Assembly (NCBI GenBank): GCA_965199495.1
Contig: CBDASK010000003.1
Coordinates: 1,120,001 to 1,184,000, forward strand
DNA: 64,000 nt
Direction of reading: 5' to 3'
From: Abditibacterium sp.
GTDB taxonomy: Bacteria > Armatimonadota > Abditibacteriia > Abditibacteriales > Abditibacteriaceae
How positions within the stretch are numbered: the first letter of the stretch is position 1; every line of letters starts with the position of its first letter. Below, piece by piece: positions 39,368 through 49,540 of the stretch. The notes below the pieces were generated by a model. It searched no databases and had not been told where the DNA came from. It saw only the letters and a list, made by a program, of their open reading frames with translations. Position numbers and translations under genes: made by a program.

Positions 39368-42300
39368 TATGAAATGTATGTTGTGGACCAAAATATCACT
39401 GGATTTTGCAAGTAGCTTTGCAATCGATCCCATAGATCGGGGCGCATCAATAGTTCGCAGCCGATAAAACGTGGGCACTGCTCGTCCATTCCACTTCCAA
39501 TAGAACGCACAGACCAATGACGAAAGACAATGCCGATGTCGCCAGAATCATCGACAAGATGAAGTCTTTTCGGCCAATTGCCAGGCGACAAGCCAAGCCA
39601 CGCCGCAATCTGTGGAGAGAGAGACAAAATCCAACTCTCCCCTAACGTATCTTGGATTTCATCCAGCCCCACGATGCCGCCGCATCGAGAAGGATGCAAG
39701 TGCCCGTGTTGTGCAATTGCATCGTCAGAGCCAATGAACCAATCCTGCGGGTCACCTTGAATGAAGGGATATCCGTTCGCTGAGGGCAAGTCGGATGGCC
39801 CACGCGAAATTAGGGCACCTTGTAAAGTCCTGATCGAGGAAGATAGATACTGCTCGGAGTAAGATGTAACATCACTACCAAGTTCTTCTTCGATAGCAGC
39901 CAGTCTGATCCAGCCATTGAAGACAGAATTTTCTTGAACGGCGTTGGGAGTTGCAAGCAGTTCCACTTCTTGGCTCGAAACAGCGTAAAGCTTTCGGGGA
40001 AGCGGTAAAAACGGACGGGGAATCCGGCTGTTCCAAAGAGAAGTATGTAATCGTATGGAGGAAGTAACTCGTTGAAGTAGCCCCAGTGTAGATTCCGGTG
40101 CCCAAAGCCCCTGACGCACTAAATGGTTGTCAATGTTGTCGAGTAATTCTTGGAAGCTCGCTTCATATATCTCTTGATGCCACCAAAAACACCGAGTTGT
40201 CGGAGCATGGGGATGAACGCGGCTCTTGGCGGATTTCATCAACTCGCCGTCTCTGATTTGGTGTCTTTTGCTGGCGTGGCTTTGTCCCTGCCAAATAGAT
40301 TCGAAATGTTGGATTACAAGAGATGGAAAGTCGGGCCAAACTCTCTTGATTGTATTCGCACGATTGCCCCAATCCAAAGCTGCAATCTTATTCTCAAGAC
40401 GAGGATCGAGAGTCGGCACGTGGTCTACGTGATCCGACAGGAAAGGTAAGTGAGATTTCACTTGGGTAAATCTTTCTAACAGAAGATTCGCCGTGGCTCG
40501 CAGAGCGAAGTGTTTGCATTGTCGCAGCGCAGACAGCTCGTCATACAGAAACTCCGTGATAGGATATGGTTCAATTTCGCTGTTCCAGAGAATTTGCAGA
40601 CAGTGAATCGCCGTTGTTCCATTGATATCGGATTTGAGTAACTCCTTGATCGGAATTTTTAAAGTCAATGGGGCGGTCTGCAAAACGGCACAGACGCCAA
40701 CACAAGCCGCTTGACGCCTTTTATATTCGGGATGACCTAATCGAACCAACAAAAGAAAACTCAGCGCTTCATCAGGTGTCCATTTCGGGACTTGTTGCGG
40801 TTCATAAACCGCAAATGTGCGGTAGCCGGATCCGATGTCAGGTAATCGGGTTTCCAGAACGCGACAAACCTCCTCCCAGGCATCAAAAGCTAAGTTGGGA
40901 TTTTGGTGCCGCGCGCAGAACTTGATGAGGTTTTGTGCCATACCATTAAGATATTCCTTATTGGCGTAGAAGGCGACCTCATTAAATAACACCTCGAAGG
41001 CGACCGGAGAATTTAAATCCCTGGCTTGAAGTAACCAAGATTCAAACTCATTTCCTCCCAGGAATTGGTAGCCGCCCTCGCTGCGCGAACTTGCGTAAGC
41101 CAATGCGAAGGCCACGGCTGCCAGCCATATTTTGCCATAGCGTAAGAAGCCTTCTCCCAAGTGTCCCAGAGGAGTTGCGCCATGATAGAACAGATTCTCG
41201 CGTGCAAAGTGGCGAAGTAGTCTTAGCACCTCGCCCTCGCCCTCACCCTCACCATCATCTTCAGCCAAAGCCAATAGACGATATCCGAAAGCATTGACAA
41301 AATTATCCCAGTGCCCACTTTCCTCTTTGGAGTTGTAAGAATGAAACGAACGGAAAATCGACACCAAATCCGCAGGAGTCGCGTTTGGAGGAAAAACTGG
41401 CTCCCATACAGGCTTTTTTGTTCCTTCCAAAGAAGATTGATGCGCAGGCGGTGAGGGTTGTGAATTCTCACTGGCTTGTGCCTCGCTCACTTCTACTTCT
41501 TCGAACTCATTCTCAGGAGGTAAAATAATGTTCCACTGCGCTGCGAACTCTCGAACAAGTTCAAGAGCCTCTAAGGGACGGCTTGGGCCATCGCCTTCGG
41601 CTTGGGCCAAAAAGTTTTCTGTAGCGCGTTCACCCCATTCGTTATGGACTTGACTGCCACGGCCCTTCTCCATCAAACAGCTCAGTGTTTCCAAGCGACT
41701 TTGGGCCTCTCTCTTCACGTCATCACCATATTCGCGGGAGAGAGCAGGAAAAGGGCGAGTGGCGTCCAGAAAGGTGACAATCAGTGGGTCACAGTCGTCT
41801 CGCTTGCGAGCCTCGTCCAAAACAGATCCGAGGGCCTCATTCAGCATCCAACCGGTCTGATCATCGTCTTGACGCAGAGTTTGAGCCATAACATGGACGG
41901 CGCCGACAAAATCAACGCGCAATAGGGCTTCGAGCCACGAAATCGGCAGACGATTAGTGCTACGGCCATCCGTATGCTTCACCACTGCATCGGGTAAACG
42001 TTGCACACGACAGCACAGACTTTTAGCGCGTTCACCATCGAGATCGGCCAAAAGCGTTAATGGATCGAGGATTTCGTAGAGGGAAATGTCTTTGCGAAAT
42101 CCATACGCCGAAAGAAACTGAGCAGACTTCTCCCAAGCTGTGCTTGCTTCTTCGACACGCTCTGTCGCTAAGAGCGCGCGAACCCTCCAAAATTCATTCT
42201 CGGCGTGCGTCTCATAGTATTGACTATGCTGTTGCCAATCATCGGCCAGTCCTAACAAAAATCTCAGAGCCGATTCTTTGAGTTGAGGCTCATTGGCTAA

Positions 42301-45300
42301 ATTCAGCAAAGACTCAAAAAGGCGAATAGGAGCAAAAGGCCCATTGCCTGACCTATCGAGCCAAGTCGTTGTCTCATAGGAGATGGTGCGAAGAAAAGAT
42401 AAAGTCTGATCCAGAACATCAGGATGCCTTATTAGCGCAGTAGCCCGTCCAAGAATGCCAGTTATGACCGAGTGAATCTGATACAAATCACAGGCTCGCG
42501 GGTTACCCTCGAAAGGCTTTATATCGTGAGCCAAATTCTCCAGAGAGGCTGAAATAAGCTGCTCGGAAGGCAAAGGAGCCGAGTTGGAATCTGCGCCAAC
42601 TTGATCTTCTTGGCGGCGCAGGTTTTCAGCTTGCATAAGCTGAGGGACAAACCGCAACCACTGACGATACCAACCAATTCCTTGTGGCAAGGCTTTGGTG
42701 GTCTCCAAAAGAGTTGGATTCGTCCAAGAAAGCAATTCATTTATCCACACCCAGGAATCGACTAAAAAAGTGTTGGGGTGTCGCTCTGAATTCAAAGACT
42801 GAGCTAAATCCGTTAGCTGTTGGAGTGTCGGTTCAAATGCAGATAGCAGCGTCGCGTCGCAACTTAAAGAAGCACATTCAACCACCAATTCCAAAGGCGG
42901 TGAGTAAGTCAAGGCGAGATCGGCAGCCTGCCGCGCTTCAGTAAACCGAGCGGCACTCAAGTAAGCACGAGCGACTTCGACTTGGATTAGAGCCACGATT
43001 TCTTGGCTATAAGCACCTGCGTCAGCCTGCATCCCAATCAACTCCTCCAAAGCCTCCACACCTATGACTTCCCTAACAGTAGTGATGTAGCCGCGTGCGC
43101 GACCAAGTGGGTAATCGTCGTGAATACTACGGCGCGCTGGCGCGCCGTTAGGAGCTTTAGTTTGCTGACGATCTCGACCGAATTGCCCCAACCAATTGCA
43201 TAGCCCTTGCTTACAAACATCCCAACCAAATACCCGTAACTCGCCTTGAAATTGTGCGGAGCTTTCTAAATCGCTAAAATGCGATTGGTATGAACCTTCG
43301 GTCGTTGTATCAGATAAACCCAAATATTCTGCCCAAGGAACGGATTTCCCCTCTCTATCTCCAATCGAGCAGAGAATGAGACCCTCTTGGCGAATCATCG
43401 TAGGACGGCCATCAAAAAGCAGACGCTCACTCAATATATCCGCGCCATGCACTTGAGCCAGGGTGCGCCCATATTCGAGCATTTCCAACTTGCCCTCGAA
43501 TACCATGCTGGCGTAGCGCAGATGAATGAGACGACACATCGCGGCCCAGTCACCTAATTCAGTGGCAACTGCTAAACCTAAAGCAATGCTGGAATTGATC
43601 GCTTGTCGGGGTTGGCCAGCGGCGATACTGTGAGCAACGAACTCGGTTTCAAGGTATTCAAGAACTTGCGCCCCGTATCCAGCCCGCCGCAAATTAGGCA
43701 GTAGAAATCGGTAGGCTTTGGCATCGAAGTAAAAAGGGCGTTTGCGGAGCCAGTCAATTAGCGGCTGCAAAAGCTGAGGCAAAGTTTGGGAGCCTCCTTG
43801 AATCCTTTCCAAAACGAAACGTCGAAAACTTTCGTGGTAGATGCGAATGCCACCTTGAGATGAAGTTTGCTTGAGGATGGGCCGCAACCGTTTCAACCAT
43901 CCTTCAAGGCGATGACCCAGCAAAGGGAAAATCTCGCGCAACTCGTCGGATTTCAATCCGAAATCGACTACCCCCAAAAGTTCGGCGGCAAAAACAGCAC
44001 TGGCGTCTTCCTTCTCCAGAGCATGAAGTAAAAAGTCATAGTAATTAGAAATTCGGCCAGAGAATGCCGGAAGTTCGTTCAGCTTCTCGTGCCAGAAAAC
44101 CGCGCTCTTTTCTGCACCCAATTGAAGCAATTCCGCACAAAGAAACGTGGCGTAAAGTGGATTACCTTCGCATCGCTCATGTAATTCACCCACGATTTCA
44201 TTCCAAGCTATATCAGCGGCTTCGTCTGGCTGTTCCCATCTTCTGGGCACCAGATGCCCAGAGCGAGACAATACGGTCTTGAGTTCACGCCGCAAGGCCA
44301 ACTCTTCAACATCGGAGAGCGACCAATCTGGCACCACAATCTCTTGCGTCCGATCTCGGATCGGGTCGAGATGTTGCCCCGGTTGGGAACCTAAAATTAG
44401 AGTTACTCCTTCAGGCACACGAAGCGCTTTGAGTTGTTCGATGATATCCACATCGCTCTGGCTGAGATCGCGCTCTTCGCTCAAAACACGCGCGATATGG
44501 TCGAGGCCATCGACAAAAATAATGACTTGCCTTGTCGAACTACTCGTCACTGCATGAGGAAGTAATTGTTCAAAAGCAGCCGCATCTGCGGCGTATATCG
44601 GTTGATGCTGCGCTCTAAGAGTCGGCGCATTTTCTATAAGTTCGACGATGACATTACCCCACATCGCGTTCGTCGTGATGCGCTTCTGAACTTCGACATC
44701 GCCCGGCTCCAAATAACAGTAGTGGCGCGCCACTAAATGCCCCGCCTCTCTCAATTCTCGGCTTAAAGATTCTTGCAGCCAGGATTTGCCAGCTCCAGGT
44801 AAACCTGTCAGCAGAATCAACTCGCCATCTGCAGACTCTATTTTTTGATGCAGATGATCCTGAAACTGAGAGCGGCGAACAAACTCTTTTTCTTCGAGTG
44901 GAAAGCGTTGTGCGACTCGCCCAAAATCGCGCCGCAAGCGTAGAAAGGTTTCCAAGGAATCGACCGTAACCTGACCATCTTCCACTCTGCACTTCTGTGC
45001 TAACCACATCATACTCGCCGCCACATCTATTGGAGTTCGTTCCTGATTCGGGTAGCGACCAATACCAATTCTGTCACGCAAAACCTCAAGGATGAGCATT
45101 TCCAAAGCACCAGGCTTACTAAAGTCGTTGGAAATCGCTGGGCACTTCAACTCTAAAATAAATAGGGATGCAAATTCAACAAAATCCTCGCGCGTGATGT
45201 CAGGTGCATCTTTCAAAGGCTTCCATCGAGATTCTTCTCCGAGAGGCCAGATTTCTTCAACGTTGAAGCGAAATGTCGAGGTGGCGTGACCTTCGAAGCT

Positions 45301-45732
45301 GCTGGAAACGTTGGCATTCTCTAAGAACCCCAAGACACTTGCGTCCGTGGGGTTCAGCCAAGTCGCACAAAATCGGTATTGGGACGCTTGCGAAGCGCCT
45401 GCATCACGGTGACTGCGAATAAGATCATCAATGCGCGCCCTATTTCGGCGCGTAGTTAAATCTTCCAACTGGAACTGTTTCGTAGCATCAGCGCTATGCT
45501 TAATCTGCCGCCGCGTATGACCCTCCGAGTTAGCAAGGGCAACGTCATCGAACTTATCAGTTTTGTGGATGAGCTGATTCGCAGTGAGAACACCTTCCTG
45601 TGCAGCCACAGTTTTGAGCATCAAGTAACAGACAACTGCATCTTGGTAGGTGTAACCACGCATAGCGGCTTCGAGGCTTGATGGGGTTAATGGAACAGAG
45701 GGAGCCAGAATTGTGGAAGCAAGTGAAACCAT
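39367..45732 (-). CDS. PD-(D/E)XK (Cap4/Mrr-like) nuclease + STAND ATPase + long sensor (Avs-like NLR)
   Basis: AAMRGYTYQD...FDDV...QIKH nuclease motif, Walker A GLPGAGKS, Walker B FVDGLDH, GNPLY, IYHESF; 2121 aa. Confidence 0.88.
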   Translation of the reverse strand: MVSLASTILAPSVPLTPSSLEAAMRGYTYQDAVVCYLMLKTVAAQEGVLTANQLIHKTDKFDDVALANSEGHTRRQIKHSADATKQFQLEDLTTRRNRARIDDLIRSHRDAGASQASQYRFCATWLNPTDASVLGFLENANVSSSFEGHATSTFRFNVEEIWPLGEESRWKPLKDAPDITREDFVEFASLFILELKCPAISNDFSKPGALEMLILEVLRDRIGIGRYPNQERTPIDVAASMMWLAQKCRVEDGQVTVDSLETFLRLRRDFGRVAQRFPLEEKEFVRRSQFQDHLHQKIESADGELILLTGLPGAGKSWLQESLSRELREAGHLVARHYCYLEPGDVEVQKRITTNAMWGNVIVELIENAPTLRAQHQPIYAADAAAFEQLLPHAVTSSSTRQVIIFVDGLDHIARVLSEERDLSQSDVDIIEQLKALRVPEGVTLILGSQPGQHLDPIRDRTQEIVVPDWSLSDVEELALRRELKTVLSRSGHLVPRRWEQPDEAADIAWNEIVGELHERCEGNPLYATFLCAELLQLGAEKSAVFWHEKLNELPAFSGRISNYYDFLLHALEKEDASAVFAAELLGVVDFGLKSDELREIFPLLGHRLEGWLKRLRPILKQTSSQGGIRIYHESFRRFVLERIQGGSQTLPQLLQPLIDWLRKRPFYFDAKAYRFLLPNLRRAGYGAQVLEYLETEFVAHSIAAGQPRQAINSSIALGLAVATELGDWAAMCRLIHLRYASMVFEGKLEMLEYGRTLAQVHGADILSERLLFDGRPTMIRQEGLILCSIGDREGKSVPWAEYLGLSDTTTEGSYQSHFSDLESSAQFQGELRVFGWDVCKQGLCNWLGQFGRDRQQTKAPNGAPARRSIHDDYPLGRARGYITTVREVIGVEALEELIGMQADAGAYSQEIVALIQVEVARAYLSAARFTEARQAADLALTYSPPLELVVECASLSCDATLLSAFEPTLQQLTDLAQSLNSERHPNTFLVDSWVWINELLSWTNPTLLETTKALPQGIGWYRQWLRFVPQLMQAENLRRQEDQVGADSNSAPLPSEQLISASLENLAHDIKPFEGNPRACDLYQIHSVITGILGRATALIRHPDVLDQTLSFLRTISYETTTWLDRSGNGPFAPIRLFESLLNLANEPQLKESALRFLLGLADDWQQHSQYYETHAENEFWRVRALLATERVEEASTAWEKSAQFLSAYGFRKDISLYEILDPLTLLADLDGERAKSLCCRVQRLPDAVVKHTDGRSTNRLPISWLEALLRVDFVGAVHVMAQTLRQDDDQTGWMLNEALGSVLDEARKRDDCDPLIVTFLDATRPFPALSREYGDDVKREAQSRLETLSCLMEKGRGSQVHNEWGERATENFLAQAEGDGPSRPLEALELVREFAAQWNIILPPENEFEEVEVSEAQASENSQPSPPAHQSSLEGTKKPVWEPVFPPNATPADLVSIFRSFHSYNSKEESGHWDNFVNAFGYRLLALAEDDGEGEGEGEVLRLLRHFARENLFYHGATPLGHLGEGFLRYGKIWLAAVAFALAYASSRSEGGYQFLGGNEFESWLLQARDLNSPVAFEVLFNEVAFYANKEYLNGMAQNLIKFCARHQNPNLAFDAWEEVCRVLETRLPDIGSGYRTFAVYEPQQVPKWTPDEALSFLLLVRLGHPEYKRRQAACVGVCAVLQTAPLTLKIPIKELLKSDINGTTAIHCLQILWNSEIEPYPITEFLYDELSALRQCKHFALRATANLLLERFTQVKSHLPFLSDHVDHVPTLDPRLENKIAALDWGNRANTIKRVWPDFPSLVIQHFESIWQGQSHASKRHQIRDGELMKSAKSRVHPHAPTTRCFWWHQEIYEASFQELLDNIDNHLVRQGLWAPESTLGLLQRVTSSIRLHTSLWNSRIPRPFLPLPRKLYAVSSQEVELLATPNAVQENSVFNGWIRLAAIEEELGSDVTSYSEQYLSSSIRTLQGALISRGPSDLPSANGYPFIQGDPQDWFIGSDDAIAQHGHLHPSRCGGIVGLDEIQDTLGESWILSLSPQIAAWLGLSPGNWPKRLHLVDDSGDIGIVFRHWSVRSIGSGMDEQCPRFIGCELLMRPDLWDRLQSYLQNPVIFWSTTYIS

Positions 45733-45793
45733 AGGTGAGTCGCTGTTAAAATTTCATCTACACGAGTGACAACATATCTTTAAAGGTGCATCT

Positions 45794-46291
45794 CTATCCG
45801 AATAGCTTCCGGTCGAACGCTCTGTAATTGATCGCTTCCGCAACGTGATGCATCTCTATATTTTGTGCGTCATCCAAGTCGGCAATCGTGCGCGAAACTT
45901 TCAGAATACGGTCATAACCGCGCCCCGATAAACCAAATTGCGCGATAGCGGTCTTGAGTAAGTCTTTAGTTGACGCATCCATTTCACACCATTGTCTCAA
46001 CTCTTTAGCTCTCATGCGCGCATTACAACTTACGCTCGAACCTTCCATGCGAGCCGTCTGTTGCGCCCGTGCGCGTTGCACGCGTTTTCTCACGGTGGCA
46101 GAGCTTTCACCTACTCTCTTGCCCATCAATTCTTCGGACGAAAGTCGCGGCACCTCAATGTGAATGTCAATGCGGTCGAGCAATGGTCCCGATATGCGCG
46201 ATAGGTATCTACGAATCTGCGGAGCCGTGCAAGTGCAGGGTTTTACATCTGGTGAACTCGACGTATTACCCAACAGGTTTCCGCACGGACA
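45794..46291 (-). pseudogene. comM: Second, diverged comM 3' half (element-borne replacement, now detached from the 5' half by element A)
   Basis: CPCGNLLG...SRISGPLLDRID...RAFDRKLFG. 15 differences in the last 129 aa versus 676-1065, plus many synonymous changes. Confidence 0.92.
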
Positions 46292-46370
46292 CCAACGCCA
46301 AATTTCGCTCGCCAAATTCACAAACTCGTCACAAACGTTAGATGCGAGCTACTAATATGTGAGCGGGGTT

Positions 46371-47009
46371 TTAGTCGGTCAACTCAATCGGGCGGAAATA
46401 GCCCAAGATACAGCTCACGTCGCGCACGCAGATTTGGATGTGGTTGAACTCGCTCACGCCCGCGCCCTCGTAAATCGGCGCGCCTTCCCAGAAAAGCCCA
46501 CGCACAGTGTCATAAGCGGGCAACCCACCAGCATCGCGTATTCGGTGAAGCGAGTTTGCGACGGCACAGTCGAGTCGGCGTAGTCGCAAATTTTTCCCGT
46601 TTGAAGGCAGAGGGACGCGGTTAATTTGCGAGGATAAAGCCAACTCGCCATAGGCTTCTTGAAGTTGAGCTATGGCGCTACTATCCGCGAGGTCAAGGCA
46701 CCTTTTCAAATTGAGCACCGCTCCCAACACAAAAGGTTTGACAATTTCCCCACGCGAGTTGAGTCCGCCAGAGGCCCGCTCCTGAGCGAATTGGAGCGCA
46801 CGCTTTGGATTGCTTTCCCAAAAGTAGATACCTGAACCCAGCCAGTCGTAATCGTTGCGGCTCGATTCGAGATGAGTCACCTCACCACGGAGAATCGCTT
46901 CGCCAACGCTCTGGTCGCAACCGTGAAAGCCAATGATGGGCGAGGGCAGAAACTCGTAATTAGCCCAGCGCATGGAGTCGAGCGTGGCCGTGTTTTCAAG
47001 AAGGCTCAT
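46371..47009 (-). CDS. Putative ADP-ribosyltransferase-fold protein
   Basis: GFHGC...WLGSGIYFWE...ALQFA...YDTVRG...HIQICVR, an H-Y-Q pattern like PARP/DUF3990-type ART folds. Confidence 0.6.
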   Translation of the reverse strand: MSLLENTATLDSMRWANYEFLPSPIIGFHGCDQSVGEAILRGEVTHLESSRNDYDWLGSGIYFWESNPKRALQFAQERASGGLNSRGEIVKPFVLGAVLNLKRCLDLADSSAIAQLQEAYGELALSSQINRVPLPSNGKNLRLRRLDCAVANSLHRIRDAGGLPAYDTVRGLFWEGAPIYEGAGVSEFNHIQICVRDVSCILGYFRPIELTD

Positions 47010-47299
47010 CGCGGTGAAATTTGGGGAGAGTGCTCAGGGTCAGGAGTTCCATCACCGTTTGAAGCCCCATTCGAGTGCGCGCCGTTAGCCGTAGCTGCGG
47101 CCTCTTCCTGCTCTTCGAGGCGCTGTTGCTCCATCATTTCGTAGTAACCGATGTCACGCAGCAATTTCTCTGCAACCGCAGGGTCTTGGATCATACGCTC
47201 ACGGAAATGGGCAGCAGCCACGGTAAAGCGATCGGCTTCTTCGCTTGGCGAAAGCAATGGACCATCTTTACCAGAAGTTAAAGGTTTGGTTTGAGTCAT
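47006..47299 (-). CDS. Small acidic protein coupled to the ART-like gene (candidate antitoxin)
   Basis: AAGGAG RBS and ATGA overlap with the downstream gene. Confidence 0.6.
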   Translation of the reverse strand: MTQTKPLTSGKDGPLLSPSEEADRFTVAAAHFRERMIQDPAVAEKLLRDIGYYEMMEQQRLEEQEEAAATANGAHSNGASNGDGTPDPEHSPQISPR

Positions 47300-47353
47300 G
47301 GTGTTCTCCTTTTCTCTTGTAAGTATAAACTTTACAGAAAGACACGCCCAATA

Positions 47354-49537
47354 TCAGAGCGTTGCCTTTTCGCCAAATGAAGCTGTCGGAGTTGGCAAAG
47401 TAGCCTTGTCGGTCGCCGCAGAAGGCGCCGAGTGCATCTGGTGTGTCGTGCGCAGCGACAGCGCCGAGGCACTCACGTCCTCAACATTTGCAGCGACCGC
47501 TTTGGCCGACGTTGCCGTTCCGTTGTTGCGTTTTCCTCTGGCGGCCCGATTGGCATCGGGCGCCTCGAAGCGGTAGGTGATGCGAACAATGGCCGTGCGT
47601 TGCTTGCCGCGCGGCGCACCCGCATCGAAGCGCGATTCGACTTCAATACCCGCCACCAACTCTTCCACGATGCGGCGTTTAATTTCCCACGCAAGCTCCT
47701 CGTCGCCGCTCGCGTCCAGCTTGAGGCGCAAACGTTCGAGCAACTGCTGCGCGCTTTCCAAGGCGCCCTGCGAGTTGCGGGCGCGTTCCCACTCACCTTG
47801 CAACCGCTCACGTTCATCGGTCAAAGCGCCCGCTTCGCCCGCGATTTCGGCGATCTGCGCTTCGAGGTCGCTCTCGGTCATCGCGCCGCGCCGGAACAGG
47901 CGGTAGAGCGTGGCACGCTGCTCATCATGCCCGCTCACCATTTTCTCCAACCGGTCAAGTTCGGCTTTGGCCTTGTCAGGGTCGGCGCCGCGAGAGTGCA
48001 GTTCGACGCGCAACCTGTTCAAAACATCCCCCGGCGCGCGCAGAAAACCCGCGATATCGCTCCACACCAAGTTTTCCAGTTCGAGGGCGCGGATGTGGCC
48101 CGACGTGCAGCGCGCATCCAATTTGCCGTAGCTCTGGTGCGAGCCGTTCTTGCCGTTGCACAGGTAGTATTTGCGCAACACCAAATCGCCCCGCACTTCC
48201 AGCCCCGCGCGCTCGGATTCGGGCACGCGGTCGAGTTTGCGGCCTTCCGAAACGGTGCCGACGTAGGTCAGCCCGCAGTGCGCGCACTTCATCAGGCCGC
48301 GCAAGAGGTATTTGCGCTTGACGATGTCGGGACGGCACAGCCTGTTGCGCCGCAACGTCTCCTGCGCCCGCGCCCATAATTCTGCGTCCACGATAGAAGG
48401 CACCGCGCGCTCGATCAGCATTGGTTCGGTTTGTTGCGAAGAGCTTGCGGCTTTGCGCGAGCGGCGTTTGCCCCAAGTGTGGATGCCTTTGTAAGTCGTC
48501 TCCACCAGCATGTTGCGCACGCGCCCCGCCCGCCACACTCCGCGCGTGGCGACGCGACGTTTGCCACGCGGCGCATCGGCCTGGGCGGCGGCAGATGCGT
48601 CACCGTTTGTCGCGTCCGAACCCAAATCCGAACCCTCTTCCAACGCGCCCACCAGACTGGCCGAAGGCGGAATTTTGCGTCCATCGCGGGTATAGCAGGT
48701 CGGCACGTTCAGCGCGTTCAACCGTTTGGCGATCTCGATACAGGAGACGCCCTCGTCGCCCGCCCACCCGTAAACCTTGCGCATCACCTCGACCTCGCTC
48801 AGGCCGCTGCGCGCCTCCACTTGCGTCGAAAGCACCAGACGCGCGGCGCGGTCGCAGCCTTCAACGCGGTAGCCGTAGGGCACGATGCCGCCGAGCCAGG
48901 TGCCCTCGCGCGCTAATCTGTGCGTGGCGTCTCGCGAGCGGCGCAGCGTGTTCTCGCGCTCCAATTTGCCGATGGCGCTCTGGAAGGTGAACATCGCCCG
49001 CCCGATCGGGGTGTCCAGCTCGATGCTCTCGGCCACGCCATAAACCCGCACGCCCAACTCGTCGTGCAGCAGGCGCGCCGCCATCTCGTTGACCAGCACA
49101 TCGCGCCCGATGCGGTCGGACTTGTAAACCACCAGGGACTTGAACTGGCCCGCCCGCGCATCACGGAGCAACCTCGCGCCCGCCGGACGCGCTTCGAGCG
49201 GGAGTGTGCCGCTCACGCCGTCGTCGCAGTAGACCTCGCCCAGGCGCCAACCCCGGGCGCGGCACTCGGCTTCGATGCACTCGATCTGGGTGCGGATGCT
49301 CTCCTTCTCGCGCTGCAAGTCGGTCGAAACCCGAGCGTAGCCCACCACGGTTTGCGGGATGGGATTTTGCGGCATTGCCAGCGACACGAGAGTGCCATTT
49401 TGGTGAAGTGGGATGTGCGTGACGAGAGTGTCGGGGCGCTGGAGCGAGGTTTGGACTCTGGAGTTAGCCGGTTCGGAGATATTAGTGGAAGCGCCGTTGG
49501 GCGAAGTGCTCAGTGGCGCGCGAGGAGTTGTGTTCAT
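47354..49537 (-). CDS. Large serine recombinase LSR2 (start 49537 or 49375), homologous to LSR1
   Basis: YARVST, DDGVSG, WLGGIVPYGYRV, LSEVEV, LLRGLMKCAHCG...YYLCNG. Confidence 0.95.
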   Translation of the reverse strand: MNTTPRAPLSTSPNGASTNISEPANSRVQTSLQRPDTLVTHIPLHQNGTLVSLAMPQNPIPQTVVGYARVSTDLQREKESIRTQIECIEAECRARGWRLGEVYCDDGVSGTLPLEARPAGARLLRDARAGQFKSLVVYKSDRIGRDVLVNEMAARLLHDELGVRVYGVAESIELDTPIGRAMFTFQSAIGKLERENTLRRSRDATHRLAREGTWLGGIVPYGYRVEGCDRAARLVLSTQVEARSGLSEVEVMRKVYGWAGDEGVSCIEIAKRLNALNVPTCYTRDGRKIPPSASLVGALEEGSDLGSDATNGDASAAAQADAPRGKRRVATRGVWRAGRVRNMLVETTYKGIHTWGKRRSRKAASSSQQTEPMLIERAVPSIVDAELWARAQETLRRNRLCRPDIVKRKYLLRGLMKCAHCGLTYVGTVSEGRKLDRVPESERAGLEVRGDLVLRKYYLCNGKNGSHQSYGKLDARCTSGHIRALELENLVWSDIAGFLRAPGDVLNRLRVELHSRGADPDKAKAELDRLEKMVSGHDEQRATLYRLFRRGAMTESDLEAQIAEIAGEAGALTDERERLQGEWERARNSQGALESAQQLLERLRLKLDASGDEELAWEIKRRIVEELVAGIEVESRFDAGAPRGKQRTAIVRITYRFEAPDANRAARGKRNNGTATSAKAVAANVEDVSASALSLRTTHQMHSAPSAATDKATLPTPTASFGEKATL

Positions 49538-49540
49538 AGG

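Larger units (their letters stand above)
1166..46291. mobile_element. comM-targeted integrative element B (LSR, primase-helicase, defence cargo)
   Basis: Bounded by identical 11-bp cores in comM. LSR at one end, replacement comM 3' half at the other, replication and defence genes inside. Confidence 0.75.

Noticed and set aside
46292..46321. MNLASEIWRW as a real ComM N-terminus
   Set aside because: This is element-arm sequence fortuitously in frame; comM homology starts at CPCG.
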